64,000 bases of DNA from an uncultured Gemmatimonadales bacterium (GTDB lineage Bacteria; Gemmatimonadota; Gemmatimonadetes; Gemmatimonadales; GWC2-71-9), in assembly GCA_963748815.1 (NCBI GenBank), contig CAVVKJ010000005.1, positions 1 through 64,000 of the forward strand, given 5' to 3'. Positions within the stretch are counted from its first letter, which is position 1. Each line of letters begins with the position of its first letter. The notes below the pieces were generated by a model, which worked only from the letters and a program-made list of their open reading frames with translations, was not told the DNA's origin and searched no databases. A program made the translations under genes and the position numbers. Shown here piece after piece: positions 58,804-64,000 of the stretch.

Positions 58804-59732
58804 CCGTTTCGGAGGGTAGCCCAGGCGTTCCGCCAGTTCCGACGCATCAGCTCGAGCCCGGGGCGCGCCAGCGGAGTGTCTCCGAAGCGGGCCCGGAACT
58901 CTTCCTCCGTCATGATCTCGAAGAAGTCCTCCCCAGCCTCTCGCAATTCACCCCTGTCCCGGAACTCCGTGACGGGCGACTCTGTGGCAAAGCGCAAATT
59001 CCAGGGGCAGACATCGTTGCAGACATCGCAGCCGAACGCCCAACCGCCTAATTGGCCGGCCAGCTCGGCGGGAATCTCATTCTTGTACTCAATTGTGAGG
59101 TAGGAGATGCACTTGGTAGCGTCCAGGACGTAGGGCTCGACGAAGGCGTCCGTTGGGCAGGCGTCGAGGCACTTGGTGCAGCTGCCACAGTGGTCGGTGG
59201 CAAACGGCGGGTCGATGTCGAGAGGGATGTCGGTGAAGATGCTGCCGATGACAAACCAGGAGCCGATTCCGGGGCGGAGGAGCATGGTGTTCTTGCCGAT
59301 CCAGCCCAGGCCGGCCCGCTCGGCGAGCTCCCGCTCCGGCACCGGACCAGTGTCGACATATGGCCGCGCCGTCCTGGCTCCGTGCTTCAGGAGCAATTCT
59401 GCCAACTCATTGATTCTGTTGAAAGTAACTAAGTGGTAGTCTTTGCTACGACTATACATCGCTGTCTTTGGGACGCTGGCCTTGTCGGCTGAATCACGGT
59501 AGTAGTAGTTATCAAGAATAACAACAGCTCTGGTTGCTTCCGTGTCGATCAGGCGGAGGTCCTTTCGCTTCTTCGCCTGGCGGTGGATGTACCGCATGTT
59601 CCCGCCGTATCCCTTATCCAGCCAGCTGGTGAGCGCCCCGGCGCGGGCCGAGGGTCCCAGATCGGTTATGCCGCAGGCCACGAAGCCGAGTTCGGCGGCG
59701 CGCGACTTTACCTCCGCTGCGGTCAGGGTCAT
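58800..59732 (-). CDS. queG: tRNA epoxyqueuosine(34) reductase
   Basis: DYH, VDTGPVPERELA, GLGWIGKN, CGSCTKCLDACPT, CISYLTIE, GCDVCNDVCPWN. Confidence 0.95.
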   Translation of the reverse strand: MTLTAAEVKSRAAELGFVACGITDLGPSARAGALTSWLDKGYGGNMRYIHRQAKKRKDLRLIDTEATRAVVILDNYYYRDSADKASVPKTAMYSRSKDYHLVTFNRINELAELLLKHGARTARPYVDTGPVPERELAERAGLGWIGKNTMLLRPGIGSWFVIGSIFTDIPLDIDPPFATDHCGSCTKCLDACPTDAFVEPYVLDATKCISYLTIEYKNEIPAELAGQLGGWAFGCDVCNDVCPWNLRFATESPVTEFRDRGELREAGEDFFEIMTEEEFRARFGDTPLARPGLELMRRNWRNAWATLRNG

Positions 59733-60988
59733 GTGGGAGACCGCTGATCCTGCCCGGTGATGATCCGGGCTCCTCTCGCGTAGGTGATGTACGAAATGGC
59801 CCACTCGATCATGACCAGGAGCCGGTTGCGGAATCCGATCAGGAAGAAAATGTGGACGAACACCCACGCAAACCACGCGACGAAGCCGCCGAAGTGAAGC
59901 CGACCCAGGTCCGCCACTCCCCGCCCCCGTCCGATCACGGCCAGTTGGCCACGATCCCGGTAGACGAACCGGTCCCGGGAGCGGCCCCCGAGATCCCGCA
60001 GGATGGTGAGGGCGGCGAACCGGCCCTGCTGGATGGCGACGGGGCAGAGCCCGGGGAGGAAGCTGCCCTCACCGGTCTCGAATGCAGCTGCATCGCCGAG
60101 GACAAACACCTCAGCATGGTCGGGGACAGTGCAGTCCGGCCGCACGAGCACCCGGCCGCTTCGATCGAGCGGGGCTCCGAGTGACTCCAGGAGTGGGCTT
60201 GCCCGGTTCCCGGCGGCCCAGACGACGGTATGGGTGGGAATCACCAGCTTGCCGGCCGAGACATGATCCGGCTGGACGTCGGTCACGAACGTTTCGGTGC
60301 GGACCTCGACGCCGAGGCGCCGGAGGGCCTCGCGCGCATCGGCGGCGAGCGTGGCGGGATAGCTGGGCAGCAGCTGGCGTCCCCCCTCGAGCAGCATCAC
60401 CGTCGCGGCACGGGGGTCGATTCGCCGGAAATCTCGGCGGAGGGCGAACTGTCGAATTTCCGCGAGGGCGCCGGCCACTTCCACCCCAGTCGGTCCCCCG
60501 CCGACGACCACGAACGTCAGGAGCGCCCGCCGCTTCTCCACGTCCGGTTCCCGTTCCGCCGCCTCGAACGCGAGGAGCACCCGCCTCCGAACTTCCTCGG
60601 CATCGTCCGCCGTCTTGAGGCCCGGCGCGAACCGCTCCCAGGCGTCGTGCCCGAAGTAGTCGTGGCGCACGCCGGGCGCCAGCAGGAGGTAATCGTACGA
60701 CAGCGCGCTCCCGTCTGCGAGCTTGAGGGAACGGGCGGACAGGTCAACGGCCGCCACCTCCGCCATGAGCACCTCGGTATTCCTCTGGCGCCGGAGGATC
60801 GACCGGATGGGGGAGGCGATATCGCTGGTGTCCAGAGCGGCGGTGGCCACCTGGTAGAGCATCGGCTGGAAGAGGTGGTAGTTGGTTCGATCGATGACGG
60901 TGACGTCGACTGGCGTGCGCCGCAACGCCTTGGCGGCGTACAGGCCGGCAAATCCTCCTCCGACGATTACTACGCGGGGACGCGACAC
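59729..60988 (-). CDS. ndh: Type II NADH dehydrogenase-family FAD oxidoreductase
   Basis: IVGGGFAG, FQPMLYQVATA, APGLK, VGGGPTGVEVAG, WAAG, VHIFFLIGFRNR. Confidence 0.9.
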   Translation of the reverse strand: MSRPRVVIVGGGFAGLYAAKALRRTPVDVTVIDRTNYHLFQPMLYQVATAALDTSDIASPIRSILRRQRNTEVLMAEVAAVDLSARSLKLADGSALSYDYLLLAPGVRHDYFGHDAWERFAPGLKTADDAEEVRRRVLLAFEAAEREPDVEKRRALLTFVVVGGGPTGVEVAGALAEIRQFALRRDFRRIDPRAATVMLLEGGRQLLPSYPATLAADAREALRRLGVEVRTETFVTDVQPDHVSAGKLVIPTHTVVWAAGNRASPLLESLGAPLDRSGRVLVRPDCTVPDHAEVFVLGDAAAFETGEGSFLPGLCPVAIQQGRFAALTILRDLGGRSRDRFVYRDRGQLAVIGRGRGVADLGRLHFGGFVAWFAWVFVHIFFLIGFRNRLLVMIEWAISYITYARGARIITGQDQRSPT

Positions 60989-60993
60989 GCCGA

Positions 60994-61299
60994 TCAGAGT
61001 CCCATCGTCTCCCGGCGCCAGCGGACAAACCGCAGCATGTCCTCGAGCGGCGGGACCGTGTCTTCGGCGCCGTAGGCGGTATACATCCGCCAGCGAAGGT
61101 AGGTCGTGTCCGGGAGCGGAAGGAAGGGGGGCATTGCCCACCACCGGCGGCGACGGAAGGCCCAGCCGGCGCGGAGCAGGTCCACTGCCAGCCGGGGATT
61201 GACTGCCGCACGCAGCGTGGCGGCGGCGAGGAGCGTCACCCAGGACCCACGGAACGCCGCGGCTCCCGGGTGCTCCGGATGGTGGGGGGCGGGGAGCAT
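60994..61299 (-). CDS. Small conserved hypothetical protein, Trp/Arg-rich
   Basis: RRRWWAMPPFLPLPDTTYLRWRMYTAYG; stops 5 nt before the ndh start. Confidence 0.72.
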   Translation of the reverse strand: MLPAPHHPEHPGAAAFRGSWVTLLAAATLRAAVNPRLAVDLLRAGWAFRRRRWWAMPPFLPLPDTTYLRWRMYTAYGAEDTVPPLEDMLRFVRWRRETMGL

Positions 61300-61434
61300 G
61301 GGGGCAATATATACAAGGACGGAGGCGCGGGGATTGAAGGCGGGCGCCGAACGGCGGGGGTGGCAGGCATCCGCGACGGCGGTAGTATTCTCCTGCCGTG
61401 CTGTTGGCCGCGAATCATGCCGTTTGGAGTGTAC

Positions 61435-62490
61435 ATGCTGCTGAGTGCCGTCCTGCTTGGTACCGCGCTTCTTCTGACCCCGCCCTCGGTGCTGGGTCCG
61501 AAGACGGACATCCTGTACATGAAGAATGGCGACAAGCTGACCTGCGAGATCAAGTCGATGGACGCGGGGGGCATCTACGTAAGCCTCGACTATGTCGATG
61601 GAAGCATCTCGGTAGAATGGTCGCGCCTGGCGCGCCTCGAGAGCCCGAACCTCTTCCTCGTGGAACTCGACGACGGCACGGTATACACCGGCAATCTCTC
61701 GATTCATCCGGTGGAAGGGAGCGACTCGGTCCTGGTGGAAATCACTGCGCTGGACGGCCGCCGGGTGGTGTTCGACAAGTCCCAGATTGCCGGGTTCAGC
61801 AGCACGTCGGCTTCGTTCTGGGGTCGTCTCAATGGCAACATCTCGTCGGGCATCAGCTACGCGAAGGGCAATGAGACAACCACCTACAACGTCAGCGCGA
61901 ACGTCAACTATCCGCAGCCGAGGTGGAGCGCCGCCGTCGGGGCCAACTCCAACTTCTCCAACAGTTCGGGCGCGGACGCATCGACCCGCAACCAGCTCCA
62001 GCTCACGTTCGGTCACCTCATGCGCTGGAACAACTGGTACTACACCGGATTCGGCAGCGGGCTTCAGAGCTCCGAGCAGCAAATCAGCGTGCAGACCAAC
62101 CTGGGCGGCGGCGTGGGCCGGTACCTGAAGAAGACCAGCAACGTGCGGATATCCGTGGCGGGTGGGCTGGTCTGGCAGGGGACGACCTACGAGTCCTCGG
62201 TGTCCACGGCGTCGCGAGAAGACATGGTCGGAGCGATGATCCTGGGGACGGTCAACTACGTGAAATTCAAGAAGACCACCCTCACCCTGACCGCCAACGC
62301 GATCCCGTCCCTCAGCGACGCAGGTCGGTTCTACTTCAACACCAACGCCAGCTATTTCCTGAAGCTCTTCGGCCAGGTCAACTGGAATCTCTCCTTTTAC
62401 GGCAACTGGGACACCCAGCCCCCGGCGGGCACCTCCGGCAATGACTACGGCATCAACTCCGGGCTCAGCTTCACCTTTGGCAACCAGTAG
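61435..62490 (+). CDS. DUF481-like outer-membrane beta-barrel protein
   Basis: Signal peptide, DILYMKNGDKLTCEIK N-terminal domain, amphipathic strands ending in GLSFTFGNQ. Confidence 0.82.
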   Translation: MLLSAVLLGTALLLTPPSVLGPKTDILYMKNGDKLTCEIKSMDAGGIYVSLDYVDGSISVEWSRLARLESPNLFLVELDDGTVYTGNLSIHPVEGSDSVLVEITALDGRRVVFDKSQIAGFSSTSASFWGRLNGNISSGISYAKGNETTTYNVSANVNYPQPRWSAAVGANSNFSNSSGADASTRNQLQLTFGHLMRWNNWYYTGFGSGLQSSEQQISVQTNLGGGVGRYLKKTSNVRISVAGGLVWQGTTYESSVSTASREDMVGAMILGTVNYVKFKKTTLTLTANAIPSLSDAGRFYFNTNASYFLKLFGQVNWNLSFYGNWDTQPPAGTSGNDYGINSGLSFTFGNQ

Positions 62491-62494
62491 CGGC

Positions 62495-63634
62495 GTGGCC
62501 CTCGACCTGGCCGCGCGCTACCGCGCCGAATTTCCCATCTTCGACCGCTGTACCTACCTCAACAGCTGTTCGCTGGGCGCCTTGTCCCGGCGCTCCCGGG
62601 CGCGGGTCAACGACTACCTCGACCTCTGGGACAGCCGGGGCGCCTCGGCATGGTATGAGACCTGGTGGGCGGCCCTCGAGGAACTCCGTCGCCGGTACGG
62701 GGCGCTGATCCACGCCCCCTCCGGCGCCGTCGCCCTGCATCCGAACGTATCCAGCGGGCTCGGCGTCGTCGCCTCCGCCATCGACTACACCCGCCGCCCC
62801 AGGGTGGTCGTCACCAGCCTCGACTTCCCCACCATCGGCTACCAGTGGATGGCCAAGGCGCGCGATGGGGTCGAGGTCGTGATCCTCGAGAGTCCGGACG
62901 GCGTCGGGGTGCCGCTGGAGATGTACGAGCGCGCGGTGGACGGGCGCACCGCGCTCGTGGCCACCAGCCATGTGTTCTTCACCAGCGGCGCCATCCAGGA
63001 TGTCCAGGCGCTGGCCGGGATCGCGCACCGCGCCGGCGCACTCTGCCTGGTGGACGGCTACCAGGCGGCCGGCCAGCTGCCGGTGGACGTCCAGTCGCTG
63101 GACGTGGACTTCTATCTCGGGGGCGGGCTCAAGTGGCTGCTGGGAGGGACGGGCGTGGCGTTCGTGTATGCGCGGCCGGGCCTGACCCCCGCCCTGGATC
63201 CCACGGTGACGGGGTGGTTTGCGCATCGGGAGCAGTTCCGCTTTGATTCCCGCGCGCTGGAGCTGCATGACGACGCCCGGCGACTGGAGGCGGGGACGCC
63301 ACCGCTGATGCCGGTGTACGCGCAGCTGGGAGGGCTCGACATCCTCGAGGCGATTGGCATCACGGCGGTGCGTGCCGCCACCGCCGCGCTGACGGAGGAC
63401 TTGATCTCCCTGGCGACGGCCGCCGGTCTCGCGCCGAAGGTGGCGGCGCGTCCAGACGAGCGGAGTGCCATCGTCATGCTCCCGTCGCCCGACCCCGCGG
63501 CGGACGTCCGCCGGCTCGCCGACGCGGGGTTCATCGTGGACGCGCGGCCGGGTCATGTCCGGGTGTCACCCTATTTCTATAACGTGCCCGACGATCACCG
63601 GGCCCTGCTGGAGTGCCTGACCGATGGCCGCTGA
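62495..63634 (+). CDS. Class V PLP-dependent aminotransferase (kynureninase-like)
   Basis: YLNSCSLGAL, DFPT, VDGYQAAG, GGLKWLLGG, RVSPYFYN. Confidence 0.9.
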   Translation: MALDLAARYRAEFPIFDRCTYLNSCSLGALSRRSRARVNDYLDLWDSRGASAWYETWWAALEELRRRYGALIHAPSGAVALHPNVSSGLGVVASAIDYTRRPRVVVTSLDFPTIGYQWMAKARDGVEVVILESPDGVGVPLEMYERAVDGRTALVATSHVFFTSGAIQDVQALAGIAHRAGALCLVDGYQAAGQLPVDVQSLDVDFYLGGGLKWLLGGTGVAFVYARPGLTPALDPTVTGWFAHREQFRFDSRALELHDDARRLEAGTPPLMPVYAQLGGLDILEAIGITAVRAATAALTEDLISLATAAGLAPKVAARPDERSAIVMLPSPDPAADVRRLADAGFIVDARPGHVRVSPYFYNVPDDHRALLECLTDGR

Positions 63635-64000
63635 CGCACCAATCCCGCCCGACCGTCCCGTCGACCGCAGCCTGACCGAGGACGAGCTGCTGTTCGACCG
63701 GTTTGCCACCGATGCCGAGCGGCGGCGCGCCGACGCGCTCAAGATCAGTGATTCATGGCGGGTGCTGCGGATCATGGGGGAGTTCGTCTGGGGGTTCGAC
63801 AACCTGGCGTCCATCAAGGATGGGGTGTCGATCTTCGGTTCGGCCCGGACCAGGCCGGACAACCGGTACTACCGCGACGCGGTGGCCGTTGCCCAGCTGC
63901 TGGCGGCGCACAGGATTCCGGTCATCACCGGCGGCGGCCCTGGCATCATGGAAGCGGGCAATCGCGGCGCCAAAGAGGCGGGTGGCGAATCGGTGGGTTG
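63624..64000 (+). CDS. LOG-family (TIGR00730-type) Rossmann-fold protein; runs off the right edge
   Basis: Manual translation: WRVLRIMGEFV...VSIFGSART...ITGGGPGIMEAGNRGA. Confidence 0.92.
   Translation, partial: MAADAPIPPDRPVDRSLTEDELLFDRFATDAERRRADALKISDSWRVLRIMGEFVWGFDNLASIKDGVSIFGSARTRPDNRYYRDAVAVAQLLAAHRIPVITGGGPGIMEAGNRGAKEAGGESVG

Overview
High-GC (about 70%) bacterial chromosomal window. Gene content and protein style (TPR-containing Ser/Thr kinases, GWxTD protein, beta-propeller lipoprotein) suggest Gemmatimonadota; this is inference, no search was run. It is mostly core/housekeeping DNA and probably near the origin: mtgA, rnpB (RNase P RNA), pyrE, polA, rnd, def, a sufR-sufBCDSU operon extended by a bacilliredoxin and an unknown His-rich protein, mnmG, two parS sites, a translationally coupled parA-parB-M23-bactofilin-BMP-Nif3 run, a nucleoside-type ABC transporter, arginase, a cholesterol-oxidase-like GMC enzyme, queG and ndh-2. 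I saw no CRISPR array, tRNA, rRNA, transposase or integrase. Seven genes carry single-base insertions that look like long-read errors. The most interesting unexplained signals are: (i) an orphan ~180-nt structured RNA candidate at 21.3-21.5 kb; (ii) two extra genes at the end of the SUF operon; (iii) several families of palindromic or tandem-repeat elements, some in-frame in protein linkers and one bracketing the parS pair; (iv) a recurring AT-rich dyad motif that even distorts codon usage inside mnmG; (v) a 56-aa ORF missed by the ORF track.
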